Shown piece by piece: positions 8,340 through 17,175 of a stretch of 32,000 nt of DNA. A program made the position numbers and the translations under genes. The number at the start of each line of letters is the position of its first letter. The stretch's first letter is position 1. The notes below the pieces were generated by a model, which ran no database searches, was not told the DNA's origin, and worked only from the letters and a program-made list of their open reading frames with translations. The stretch is from Ignicoccus islandicus DSM 13165 (GTDB taxonomy: Archaea > Thermoproteota > Thermoprotei_A > Sulfolobales > Ignicoccaceae), in the NCBI RefSeq assembly GCF_001481685.1, contig NZ_CP006867.1, forward strand, positions 720,001 to 752,000, written 5' to 3'.

Positions 8340-9188
8340 ATGAGCAAAAATTTACTTTACACAACGATAATCATTCTAAGTTGCTTAGGAACTGTAAACG
8401 CAGTCTATTATAGTGCCCCAAGGACTCTGACTATGGTTTTTAGAAACGGGACAGACATCTATACTATCATAAATTGGCAAAAGGATTTACATCTCGAGGG
8501 ACAAGCATCAGTTATATACAAACTGAAGATAGTAACACAGACCGTTACCCCGACTAGTTGCATAGTTGTTATAGGCACGAAAGTGTTAGATGCACCAATA
8601 ATGGACGCTGGAAACTACTTCCTTGTTTCCTTTCCAGAGAAGGCTGAACTTATGCAATGTAGTGGAATCGCGGAGATGAATGAGACCTACGTAGGTAAGG
8701 AAGTCGTTTTGGACGTCTTTGTTACTATTAATACAGCTACATTTTATTCTCTTAGGCAAATTATCAGTATCACCATTGCTCATGATGAATGGAAAAGAGT
8801 AAACTGGACGCAAATACTCCCATCTCCAGCAGAACTCATGCCTAGTTGTGAGGTCCGTTGTTCACAAGTCTATGCTACGATGTACGTAAGTCGAGGAGCA
8901 ATTACTAGCAGCGGCAAAATCGTCCTACCAGAAACATCTTTCAAAGCAATGGGTTTCTTAAAACCGTGTTTAGGAGAAATTCCCATTCTGAGTATTAACG
9001 AACTAAGAACAATCACGTATAACTTCGTTACTTCGTTTACCCCTATCTTTAAACCTCTCGAAAACGCAAACAGTGAAACGTCTTCAATACCAATTGTCAG
9101 TTTAATGATAATCATGTCCTATTCAATATGGAGGCTAAAAGGTAGAAGAAAGATTATTACTTATGTTTCGCATGAACGGAATGGTTAG
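8340..9188 (+). CDS. Hypothetical type I membrane/secreted protein (signal peptide plus C-terminal TM anchor)
   Basis: N-terminal LLYTTIIILSCLGTVNAVYY (signal-like). C-terminal SSIPIVSLMIIMSYSIWRLKGRRK (TM plus basic stop-transfer). Sequons NGT, NET, NWT. No family recognised. Confidence 0.55.
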   Translation: MSKNLLYTTIIILSCLGTVNAVYYSAPRTLTMVFRNGTDIYTIINWQKDLHLEGQASVIYKLKIVTQTVTPTSCIVVIGTKVLDAPIMDAGNYFLVSFPEKAELMQCSGIAEMNETYVGKEVVLDVFVTINTATFYSLRQIISITIAHDEWKRVNWTQILPSPAELMPSCEVRCSQVYATMYVSRGAITSSGKIVLPETSFKAMGFLKPCLGEIPILSINELRTITYNFVTSFTPIFKPLENANSETSSIPIVSLMIIMSYSIWRLKGRRKIITYVSHERNG

Positions 9189-9197
9189 AGTGAGAGG

Positions 9198-9710
9198 ATG
9201 CCAGAGTACACGGCAAAGGTTTATAGAAAAGACAACACTGTATACTTAATACTGATCAGAGGTAAAAGAAGGGAATATATCCATCGCTGCATAGGCTTTG
9301 TGATTAATGGGAACGAAATAAAATCAATTGATGGTAAAGTAGAAGCTCGCCTACCATTTGACGTTGATCCCGAAATAGTAATTAGAGCGTTACAGACCAT
9401 TGGTGATTGGTTCATTAAAAGATTATCTCAAGGAAGAGGAAGAATAGGGTATTTAACCGAGATTGCAATCAAACATGTAGTTTACATGCTTTGCAAAGAA
9501 GAGAAAAAGAAACAAGGAATTAAGCAAACGGAGTGCTTGAAGCAGTCCGAAGTTAAGACAAGTCGCGGTAAGGTGACATGGAAGGCTATATACCAATTAT
9601 ATTCGAATGCGAGCGATCTTGAAAAATCTCTATCAGAACCTAATTACTGGGAAGGCGAGTTGCCTGAAGAATGCACCGTACAAGTAAGTGAAACTTCCAG
9701 TGATAAGTAA
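9198..9710 (+). CDS. Hypothetical cytoplasmic protein, 170 aa
   Basis: ATG 9 nt after the upstream stop, preceded by GAGAGG. No motif recognised; lysine-rich centre (KEEKKKQGIKQ). Confidence 0.45.
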   Translation: MPEYTAKVYRKDNTVYLILIRGKRREYIHRCIGFVINGNEIKSIDGKVEARLPFDVDPEIVIRALQTIGDWFIKRLSQGRGRIGYLTEIAIKHVVYMLCKEEKKKQGIKQTECLKQSEVKTSRGKVTWKAIYQLYSNASDLEKSLSEPNYWEGELPEECTVQVSETSSDK

Positions 9711-9715
9711 TCGAT

Positions 9716-10906
9716 TTATGACTCGTAATCCATTAGTTTTCTTTGGCTAAGTAGTTTAGAAGAACTCAAGAACGGCATCTCATTCAACACAATCTTTTGG
9801 AATTCCCTCTCATCTAATTTAATTCCACTTAAGGCATTACGTACAGCGAGTTTTACGCCTTCCCTAACTTGCCATACTCCTAAAGGTAAGTAGTAGTCCT
9901 TACTTATTTCTCGTATCACCAGTACCGACGCGCTAGTGCCTTCTTCTGCTAAAGCCTGTAATGCCCCTGCCTTAGTTGCATGGAATCCACCATCGGAAGG
10001 ATCTGATGCTTTAGATGTAGGCAGTGGACCTTCATAGTTATAAATAATTACATCTTTATTAGGGCTCCATAAGGTCCCTTTCTTCCATATTTCAAACATT
10101 TCTACTATTGGAGGTCCTGGCTTCAATATAACTATATATCTATTACTGTAATGTTCATATGTTCCTAGATGAATAGAATTAACCCACTTTCGCTTTAATA
10201 TGGTTTCCTTTAAGTGTTTTGAGATAATTTGATCTACAGCCGTAATTGCCCATCTCGTCGGCACCAATTTCTTTCTTTTTCCCAATAATCCCAAGCTCAA
10301 TGCTTTTTGGAGGGCGTAAACGTCTCTACCGTACTCGTAAAGTTCCCTTAAAGCCACTTCGGCCTTTATTCTTTCCTCGAACTTACGTTCTATTAAAGAA
10401 TCGACTTTCGGATTAGATTGCACCTTTACCTCTTGCGCTCGCGCGCTTGGACCTATCGGTGCAATTAAGCCATCTAATTTCGGTGGAATTACCTTACCTT
10501 CTATTCTAGCTTCTACGTCTACGGGTTTTTCTGAAATTCCCGCCCAGATTACCTCGTTATCAAGTAATTCCTCAACTCTCCTCACATCTACTTTTTTAAA
10601 TGGGTTAAGCATCTCCATTCTGAGATTAGCTACTTCCTCTAAACCTAGCCTCATTCTGACCCACTCCGTAGGTGCATCGCGAAGCCTCGGATCGCCGTAA
10701 GGTGAAAGGGAGAGCGCTAGCGGTACCTTAGGGTACCCGCTCTCTCCTACTAAGGGGGATGGCGGTGAAGGGGCATCAGCTACGTGACCTTCCCATCTGG
10801 CTCTATTGAAGGCGCGTAGCCTTTGAAGTATCGGGCACCGAGGTAGACCACATAATCTCTTGTAACCCTTACACCTCGCACATAGATCTGGATCTATACG
10901 CTTCAA
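9716..10906 (-). CDS. nreA: Nre-family archaeal DNA repair protein with C-terminal PCNA-interacting (PIP) motif
   Basis: N-terminal 4-Cys cluster CARCKGYKRLCGLPRCP characteristic (from memory) of the Nre_N domain; ~400 aa. The C-terminal QRKLMDY fits the PIP consensus Q-x-x-(L/I/M)-x-x-(F/Y). The TTG start overlaps the upstream stop (TTGA). Confidence 0.7.
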   Translation of the reverse strand: MKRIDPDLCARCKGYKRLCGLPRCPILQRLRAFNRARWEGHVADAPSPPSPLVGESGYPKVPLALSLSPYGDPRLRDAPTEWVRMRLGLEEVANLRMEMLNPFKKVDVRRVEELLDNEVIWAGISEKPVDVEARIEGKVIPPKLDGLIAPIGPSARAQEVKVQSNPKVDSLIERKFEERIKAEVALRELYEYGRDVYALQKALSLGLLGKRKKLVPTRWAITAVDQIISKHLKETILKRKWVNSIHLGTYEHYSNRYIVILKPGPPIVEMFEIWKKGTLWSPNKDVIIYNYEGPLPTSKASDPSDGGFHATKAGALQALAEEGTSASVLVIREISKDYYLPLGVWQVREGVKLAVRNALSGIKLDEREFQKIVLNEMPFLSSSKLLSQRKLMDYES

Positions 10907-11124
10907 AATTCACCTTTTTCAGGTAGCGAGAACAACTCTTTTGAGTTTGACCTAATTTTTCTAATCAATCCTTGTCTTAGAGCTTCAGCAATTATTTTCC
11001 TCGCCTCTACTGCATTGTATCCCTTCGAGGCCATTTCCTCGATTATCTGCAATGAGGTGAGCGGACCCTTACTCTTTTTAAGAACGTCTATTAGGTCTTC
11101 AATCCTCTGGGTCACGAATACCAC
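10903..11124 (-). CDS. Small winged-helix-like protein (73 aa)
   Basis: [37 protein letters not shown] looks like a wHTH recognition region. GTG 11124 (or GTG 11115) lies inside the last 26 nt of radA; the stop overlaps the nreA start. Confidence 0.5.
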   Translation of the reverse strand: MVFVTQRIEDLIDVLKKSKGPLTSLQIIEEMASKGYNAVEARKIIAEALRQGLIRKIRSNSKELFSLPEKGEF

Positions 11125-12076
11125 ACTCCGTTATCTCGAAGACGGTCTCTCCCTCGGGTAAGTGTGGCGCGTCTACCATTCTTGCTATTCTCTTGTTGCC
11201 TCTACTCTTCTTTAACTGTACTCTGACGCCCGGCGCATGGTAAAGTACGTGACCACCTACTGCTTGAGTAGGATCACCATAGAATACATCAGGCTTTGCC
11301 ATCACTTGATTCGTAATAACGACGGCTACGTTATATATTTCGGCTAGTCTACTCAGTTGATGGAGATGCTTATTTAGTTTTTGTTGTCTAACGGCCAAGT
11401 TCTCTCTACCTGGATATTCTGCCCTGAAGTGACTAGTTACCGAGTCCACGACGACTAACCTAATATTTTCCTTAGGAACTAATCCGAATAGCTCTTCAAC
11501 TACAGCCATTTGATGATCGCTGTTAACCGCCCTCATATAGTATATGTTCTCCATTGCAAGTTCTGGATCCAGGCCCGCGCACCTCGCCATTTGTTCTATT
11601 CTTTCCCACCTGAAGGTACCTTCGGTATCTATGTAAACTGCTTTGGCGATGTTTTCCCCTTCCGTGAGTCCTCCTTGGTCAGTAGGCAATTGGACGTTAA
11701 CGCTTAATTGGTGAGATATCTGGCTCTTACCGCTTCCGAACTCACCGAAGAATTCAGTAATCGTTTTAGTTTCAACTCCTCCACCTAGTAATTCGTCCAA
11801 GTTGCTCGAGCCGGTAGTTATCTTCTTCAAGTTCATTCTTTCCATTTTTACCTCCTTTGCCGTCTTGAAACGTATGTCTAAGAGCTCCCTTGCAGCCTTT
11901 ATTATTTTGTGTGCCGTAGCGAGGGGAATCCCTGCAACTGATACGAGCTCCTCGGGAGTAGCTACGGCTATTGCCTCTATAGTAGTATAGCCAGCTTCTA
12001 CTAGCTTAGAGGCTGTTGTTGGCCCGACTCCCGGTAGGTCTGCTATAGACCTAGGTCTGATCTCGTTTTCACTCAT
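11099..12076 (-). CDS. radA: DNA repair and recombination protein RadA
   Basis: N-terminal HhH domain ([17 protein letters not shown]), Walker [10 protein letters not shown], Walker [16 protein letters not shown], 325 aa. Colinear with Sulfolobus RadA as remembered. No intein. Confidence 0.95.
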   Translation of the reverse strand: MSENEIRPRSIADLPGVGPTTASKLVEAGYTTIEAIAVATPEELVSVAGIPLATAHKIIKAARELLDIRFKTAKEVKMERMNLKKITTGSSNLDELLGGGVETKTITEFFGEFGSGKSQISHQLSVNVQLPTDQGGLTEGENIAKAVYIDTEGTFRWERIEQMARCAGLDPELAMENIYYMRAVNSDHQMAVVEELFGLVPKENIRLVVVDSVTSHFRAEYPGRENLAVRQQKLNKHLHQLSRLAEIYNVAVVITNQVMAKPDVFYGDPTQAVGGHVLYHAPGVRVQLKKSRGNKRIARMVDAPHLPEGETVFEITECGIRDPED

Positions 12077-12136
12077 TTCTTCCAGTCCCCGAAAGGTGAT
12101 TTGAGGTTCAGATAGGTATATTAATTAAGGCGTTAC

Positions 12137-12961
12137 CTAGAAAGAGCATCTCACTCCGGGTCCTCCTTGGCGATAACTATCTCCAAGTTCCTTCATTAAG
12201 ACGTATTGGGCTATTTGACCGGTGCAATGAGTAGGTATTACTAACTCGGGGGACTTGGAAGCGAGATATTTCGCAACCTCGCGTATCCTCTCTTCATTAG
12301 CTCCAAGTAAGTGTAAACCACCTATCAATGCTCTCAAATTGCTTGAGTTAGTTACTTTAAGTCCGTATTCAACTACGTTTTCAACACCGGCATGTCCGCA
12401 TCCAGTTATTACAACGAGACCCTTCGGCGTCTTAACGTATAGTGCTGCATCGTCCTTCACGAGATCTTGAACTATTCCCTTTTCGGGATCTAGTCTATAT
12501 ACTAAACCGCTATGGCTAGGTCCCCATTCCCTCGGTATCTCGCCAGAGAAGTATACGCCATCAACTAACTCCAAAGGCAGTCTCGTTGTTATGACGGGGA
12601 CGCCTAGTTGATCTTTCTTGAATGGAATTCCTATTTCTCTTAGTACACCATTTATTCTAGCAAACTTCGAATCGAATGCGTCCGGATGAACCACTATGGG
12701 TGCTCTTGCGACCTCTAAAACCTTTTTTAAACCACCTGTATGGTCTCTATGACCGTGACTGATAACTATGTAATCGGGCTTAAGTTCTACGCCTAATTTG
12801 CTTGCATTGTGTAGTAGAACGTCGCCAGTAAGCCCCGTATCGAAAAGTATTTGAACGTCCTCTTTTTGTAGGAGCGCAGCAAAGCCGTATTCCGCAAGAA
12901 GCTCTTGGGTTAACTGAGGTATTAGACCAGCGTAAACGTCTGAGAGTATAGTTATTTCCAC
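12137..12961 (-). CDS. Metallo-beta-lactamase-fold hydrolase (COG1237-like)
   Basis: H-x-H-x-D-H motif in VISHGHRDHTGG plus downstream TGCGHAG and PTHCTG metal-ligand-like motifs; GTG start. Confidence 0.75.
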   Translation of the reverse strand: MEITILSDVYAGLIPQLTQELLAEYGFAALLQKEDVQILFDTGLTGDVLLHNASKLGVELKPDYIVISHGHRDHTGGLKKVLEVARAPIVVHPDAFDSKFARINGVLREIGIPFKKDQLGVPVITTRLPLELVDGVYFSGEIPREWGPSHSGLVYRLDPEKGIVQDLVKDDAALYVKTPKGLVVITGCGHAGVENVVEYGLKVTNSSNLRALIGGLHLLGANEERIREVAKYLASKSPELVIPTHCTGQIAQYVLMKELGDSYRQGGPGVRCSF

Positions 12962-13006
12962 GAAAGTATCCCCGTAACTTTACGTGTTAATGAGAGAAAA
13001 TAAGGG

Positions 13007-16000
13007 TTATTCGACGTAAACAGCAGGCTTCGTCGGAAGAGGTTTCTTCTTACCTCCTTCTTCAGTTATCTCTATTGGTGCTCCAACTCTCCTTTCTAGG
13101 TAGCCCTTGAACTCTTCTACGGACTTCTTTTCATCGAACTTGCCCTCTAGTATAGCGCTTCTCAATGATTCGGGAAGCGATTGAGCTATTTCAAATATTT
13201 TCCTGAGATCCTTCGCCTTAGACTTCCCGAATATTTTAGTTCCTTCAGCCATGAACTCCCTCATACCTTTTCCTTCCTTCAAGATCTTCAGCGCCAATCT
13301 CAACATGTTATAGCTTTCCTCATCAGCGAATTGTAGCTTGATCTTGCTTACGTTAGTAATCTTAGCTACTTTAATTATCTCCGTTATATCGTCTGCTAAC
13401 ATGTCGACGAACTCCTTCTTAGCTATAATTGATTTATCCATGTAATCTCTTTCTACTCTAGGCCATCCTTCGTTTAGGACGAACGTTGAATTGCCTAAGA
13501 GATGCCACAACTCTTCTGCGAAATATGGCGTGAAAGGTACCATTGTTCTAATCCATCTCTCAACAATGTATTTCAATACCCATTTGCTCGCATCAGTTAA
13601 ATCGCCTATAGTGGATTTCACCTCGTTTACATATCGCTTTATTTCGTTCAATATTTCGAAGTATATCGCGTTAGCAGCGCTTCTTAGACGTAACTCATCC
13701 ATCCAGCGAGTTATTTCATCCAACTTATGAACGAAGTAGCTCATCATCCATGCATCTAGCGATTTCAGCTCCTCGGGTTTCGGAACTTCTCCGAAAGTTG
13801 CTACCAGTTCTGCTATCTCCTTAATGCTACTGAGATTACTTAAGACCCTGCCAACTACCTCTTCGCTAAAGTCGGCATCGCCTTCCAATTCAGCGCTATA
13901 TAGTAACGCCAATCTAACTACATCGGGAGAATACTTTTTCGTTGCTTTGTATAGAGGAATTATATTGCCTAAGCTCTTACTCATTTTCTTTCCTTCAAGC
14001 GTCACGAAACCGTTCACAACTATTTGCCTGGGCCAGAGATCTTCTGGGAATATAGCTGCATGGTTGAATATGAAGAACGTTAAATGATTCTTAATTAGGT
14101 CCTTGCCTGAATGCCTAGAATCCAAGGGGTACCAGTAAGAGAAACTCTCCCTTGCCTTCACTAGTACGTTCGGATCCAGACCATATTTCTCACTTAACTC
14201 CTTTACTTCGCCCTTTCCTAGCAAAATGTACTCCCATACCTCAGGTTTCAACTTATCTGCGCTTACACCACTTTCTCTTAGAATGTGAACTACAGTATAG
14301 AAGGCCATATAGATAGTTGAATCGCTTAAGCTTTCTATCACCCACTTCTCATCCCAAGGTAGGGGCGTTCCAAGTCCCCTGGTCCTCGCGCACGCTCTTC
14401 TTTGAAGCCACTCAATTGTTTCCTCGAAGTCCCTCCTAAACTTTTCTGGGATTATTTTCATTTGGGATAAGGCCGTTCTAGCTAGACGCTTCCATTGTTC
14501 GTCGCCATAATTGATGAACCACTGATCTTCTAGAACTTTCACAACTACCTCGTTACCAAACCTCGAATAAACTGGTCCGTTCTTTATTTCGTAAAATACG
14601 TCGCCATAGCCCATTGCCTTTAACCATTCAGCCGTAAGTTCTCTAGCTTCGGGAACGCTCTTTCCTGCCAACAAGACTCTTAAGGCTGCTGCGAGTTTCT
14701 CATCCTTAATCCTTTCGAAAACGCTGGGGTCCATTTTTCCCTTTCTGAACTCAATCAAGTATACCCTTGAGGTCGCTTCAGTTAATTTGTCCTTCTCTAG
14801 TTGCGATGATATGTTTAGTTCTCTTATAACCCTTAAGACCGGTAATTCGTCTTCTCCGGGAACTTCTATAACGCGTATCAACGAAATGTTCTTGACTATG
14901 TCTGCGTATTCCTCATTTCCCTCTAAATCCTTCAAGGCTATGTAATCGAAAGGCGCATGGGCAGGTACGCTCATAACTACGCCAGTAGCTATGTTCGGAT
15001 CAACAAAGGTGGCTGGTAAGACCGGTACCTCATCTCCAGTGGCTGGATTGATCGCGAATTTCTTTAACAAATCAGTTCCTTTTACAGAGCCGATCTCTCT
15101 AACTCCCTTCTTTTGGAAACCTATCTTATAGGCAGCTTTGGGACTGAGGACCCATTTCTTCCCTTCCACTTCAACGATTTTGTACTCGACTTCTGGATGA
15201 ACCCACATGTTAGTTACGCCGAAGACTGTCTCAGCTCTCAAAGTGGCAGCGGGAAGGTATAGGTCCGAGTCTTTTAATTTGAAGAGTATGACGTCATAGT
15301 CCTCTATTTCGGGTTCAACGTCGCCTAACGTGTCATGCTGACTCACTGGAGTATTATATATGGGATCCCAAGCGACTGGATGAGTACCTTTTTCTATGTA
15401 CCCCAATTCCTTGAGCTTATAGAATTGCCATACTATGAAGCTCTTGAAATCGTCGTCTATAGTTCTAAATTTTCGGCGCCAATCTATCATGTAGCCCATT
15501 TCTTTCATGCTTTCTTCAGTAATAGAAGAGAAGTAATCCGCCATCGTAAGCGGATCTACTAGTTTCTTTACATCATTTAGAGGTAAATCGAAGACTATTA
15601 CGAAGAGCGCTGTTTGAAGAACAGCATCGGCTTCGTTACTTCCCACCTCACCTAGACCGAGCCTCTTCAATTCTTCATTTAGGGCCCTATGAAAGCATGA
15701 ATTAAAGGAACACTCTCCTCTCTCGAGGTAAGTTCTGGCTTTATTCCATATGGTACGTAGGAACTCGCTTAGGTCGACCTTACCTTCTACCTTAGACAGG
15801 ACTTCATTAGCTATCTTAACTTTTTCAGACATAGCTATTACTGGTGTTCCAGTATAGTGAAACCCCATAGGAAACAATACGTTGTAACCTTTCATTCGCA
15901 TATATCTCGCGTAAGCGTCTGTTATACTATAAGTTCTGGAATGGCCTAGGTGCATGGGGCTGTTCGGATAGGGGAACGCGGCGGTTATGAAGAACTTGGG

Positions 16001-16099
16001 TTTATCGCTTACGTCTGCTTCGTGAAGCTTCGCTTTTTCCCATTCACTTCTCCACTTCTTTGCTATTTCGTTGAGGTAATCGATGAAGCCTTTGCTCAT
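13007..16099 (-). CDS. leuS: Leucyl-tRNA synthetase, archaeal type, with an extra ~60-aa insertion
   Basis: HIGH-type motif PMHLGH, KMSKS, CP1 editing motif ATLRAETVFGVTNMWV, SVPAHAPFDY, archaeal-type C-terminal extension ending KPLPTKPAVYVE. Colinear with Pyrococcus LeuRS as remembered. Confidence 0.9.
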   Translation of the reverse strand: MSKGFIDYLNEIAKKWRSEWEKAKLHEADVSDKPKFFITAAFPYPNSPMHLGHSRTYSITDAYARYMRMKGYNVLFPMGFHYTGTPVIAMSEKVKIANEVLSKVEGKVDLSEFLRTIWNKARTYLERGECSFNSCFHRALNEELKRLGLGEVGSNEADAVLQTALFVIVFDLPLNDVKKLVDPLTMADYFSSITEESMKEMGYMIDWRRKFRTIDDDFKSFIVWQFYKLKELGYIEKGTHPVAWDPIYNTPVSQHDTLGDVEPEIEDYDVILFKLKDSDLYLPAATLRAETVFGVTNMWVHPEVEYKIVEVEGKKWVLSPKAAYKIGFQKKGVREIGSVKGTDLLKKFAINPATGDEVPVLPATFVDPNIATGVVMSVPAHAPFDYIALKDLEGNEEYADIVKNISLIRVIEVPGEDELPVLRVIRELNISSQLEKDKLTEATSRVYLIEFRKGKMDPSVFERIKDEKLAAALRVLLAGKSVPEARELTAEWLKAMGYGDVFYEIKNGPVYSRFGNEVVVKVLEDQWFINYGDEQWKRLARTALSQMKIIPEKFRRDFEETIEWLQRRACARTRGLGTPLPWDEKWVIESLSDSTIYMAFYTVVHILRESGVSADKLKPEVWEYILLGKGEVKELSEKYGLDPNVLVKARESFSYWYPLDSRHSGKDLIKNHLTFFIFNHAAIFPEDLWPRQIVVNGFVTLEGKKMSKSLGNIIPLYKATKKYSPDVVRLALLYSAELEGDADFSEEVVGRVLSNLSSIKEIAELVATFGEVPKPEELKSLDAWMMSYFVHKLDEITRWMDELRLRSAANAIYFEILNEIKRYVNEVKSTIGDLTDASKWVLKYIVERWIRTMVPFTPYFAEELWHLLGNSTFVLNEGWPRVERDYMDKSIIAKKEFVDMLADDITEIIKVAKITNVSKIKLQFADEESYNMLRLALKILKEGKGMREFMAEGTKIFGKSKAKDLRKIFEIAQSLPESLRSAILEGKFDEKKSVEEFKGYLERRVGAPIEITEEGGKKKPLPTKPAVYVE

Positions 16100-16384
16100 T
16101 TCTCAAATACCCGCTTCTTCAGATATGTCGAGGCAAAAACGGTTTCCCTTTGTTGACGCGTTTCCGAAACGTAGTAGACCCAGAGAGAATTTATTAAAAA
16201 TCTCTTTCAACGGTTTCTCCAGGAAATTCGAGGTATTTCATCAACAACTCGTCTATTTCGGGAATTCCGGTCACAACGTTATCTAATTGAAGCGTCTCGC
16301 TCACGCGGAGCCCCGCTCTGGGATCTAGACGTTGGAAAAGTTAATAAACAAACAAATCTCCATTTCATAGAGAAGAAATGAGAC

Positions 16385-16397
16385 ATATTATTTAAAA
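16385..16397. promoter_or_regulatory. AT-rich TATA-box-like element, possibly bidirectional, upstream of rps17e
   Basis: ATATTATTTAAAA centred ~37 nt upstream of the rps17e ATG. A GGAGGAGG purine tract at 16409-16416 lies between it and the ATG. Pattern-based call only. Confidence 0.4.
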
Positions 16398-16427
16398 CCT
16401 TCGCAGAAGGAGGAGGGGGCTGCGAAA

Positions 16428-16646
16428 ATGGGAAAGATCCGGATCAATGTAGTGAAGAGGACGGCACGAAAACTTTTGAACATGTATCCTGATCTATTTA
16501 TAAGAGATTTCGAACACAATAAAAAGGTGGTCAACGAGCTAATAGAGGTTCGTTCGAAGAAACTAAGAAACCAAATAGCTGGATACATAACCCATTTGAA
16601 GAAAGTTGAAGAAAGGAGGCAAAAGATCGAACTAGAGGAGAGGTGA
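16428..16646 (+). CDS. rps17e: 30S ribosomal protein S17e
   Basis: MGKIRINVVKRTARKLL...FIRDFEHNKKVV matches the S17e N-terminal signature; 72 aa. Confidence 0.9.
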   Translation: MGKIRINVVKRTARKLLNMYPDLFIRDFEHNKKVVNELIEVRSKKLRNQIAGYITHLKKVEERRQKIELEER

Positions 16647-16653
16647 GGCCTAG

Positions 16654-16959
16654 ATGCAAGAAATAGTATCTGAGAACTTCACAATTCACGTCGTTGAAGA
16701 CAGATACAATCCATTGATAGAAAGACGAGAACTCTCTATAGTTATCCACCACGTAGGTAAGTCCACTCCAAAGCGATGCGAAGTCAAGGAAGCGATCGCC
16801 AAATCGTTAGGCATTGATCCAAATCTAGTGATAGTTAGGAAGCTCGTAACGGAATATGGAATAGGAAGAACCAGAGGAAAGGTTCACATTTACAACAACC
16901 AAAAGAGATTAGAAGAAATTGAGCCTCAAAAGGCGATAAAACAGAACCAATGTGGGTGA
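16654..16959 (+). CDS. rps24e: 30S ribosomal protein S24e
   Basis: NPLIERRELSIVIHHVGKSTPKRCEVKEAIAKSLG...VIVRKLVTEYGIGRTRGKVHIY fits S24e; 101 aa; 7 nt after rps17e. Confidence 0.9.
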   Translation: MQEIVSENFTIHVVEDRYNPLIERRELSIVIHHVGKSTPKRCEVKEAIAKSLGIDPNLVIVRKLVTEYGIGRTRGKVHIYNNQKRLEEIEPQKAIKQNQCG

Positions 16960-16965
16960 TAGACC

Positions 16966-17139
16966 ATGCCGAAACACGCGCAAGTTAAGCCTCATAAGCT
17001 CTATGAAATAGATCCAGAGACTGGGACCATAAAACCGAAGAACAAGAAATGTCCTAGATGCGGTAGTTGGATGGCCCATCATCTGAAACCTGTTGAAAGG
17101 TGGCATTGCGGTAAGTGTGGATACACTATTTTCGTTTAA
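16966..17139 (+). CDS. rps27ae: 30S ribosomal protein S27ae (zinc ribbon); below the 60-aa cutoff of the ORF track
   Basis: Hand translation gives [57 protein letters not shown] (57 aa). C-x2-C ... C-x2-C ribbon and the canonical position after rps24e. Confidence 0.85.
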   Translation: MPKHAQVKPHKLYEIDPETGTIKPKNKKCPRCGSWMAHHLKPVERWHCGKCGYTIFV

Positions 17140-17175
17140 CCACTCTAGAAGCCCAGCTCATCACTTAGTTGAAAG

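Noticed and set aside
11099-16099. Inteins or introns in radA or leuS
   Set aside because: RadA is a normal 325 aa and colinear with known RadA. The LeuRS extra segment is ~60 aa, far too short for an intein, and lacks splice-junction residues.
15950-16286. + strand ORFs 15950-16156 and 16083-16286 near the leuS start
   Set aside because: They overlap the leuS N-terminal coding region antisense, have no motifs and have a poor start context. The gap itself is reported as a low-interest finding.
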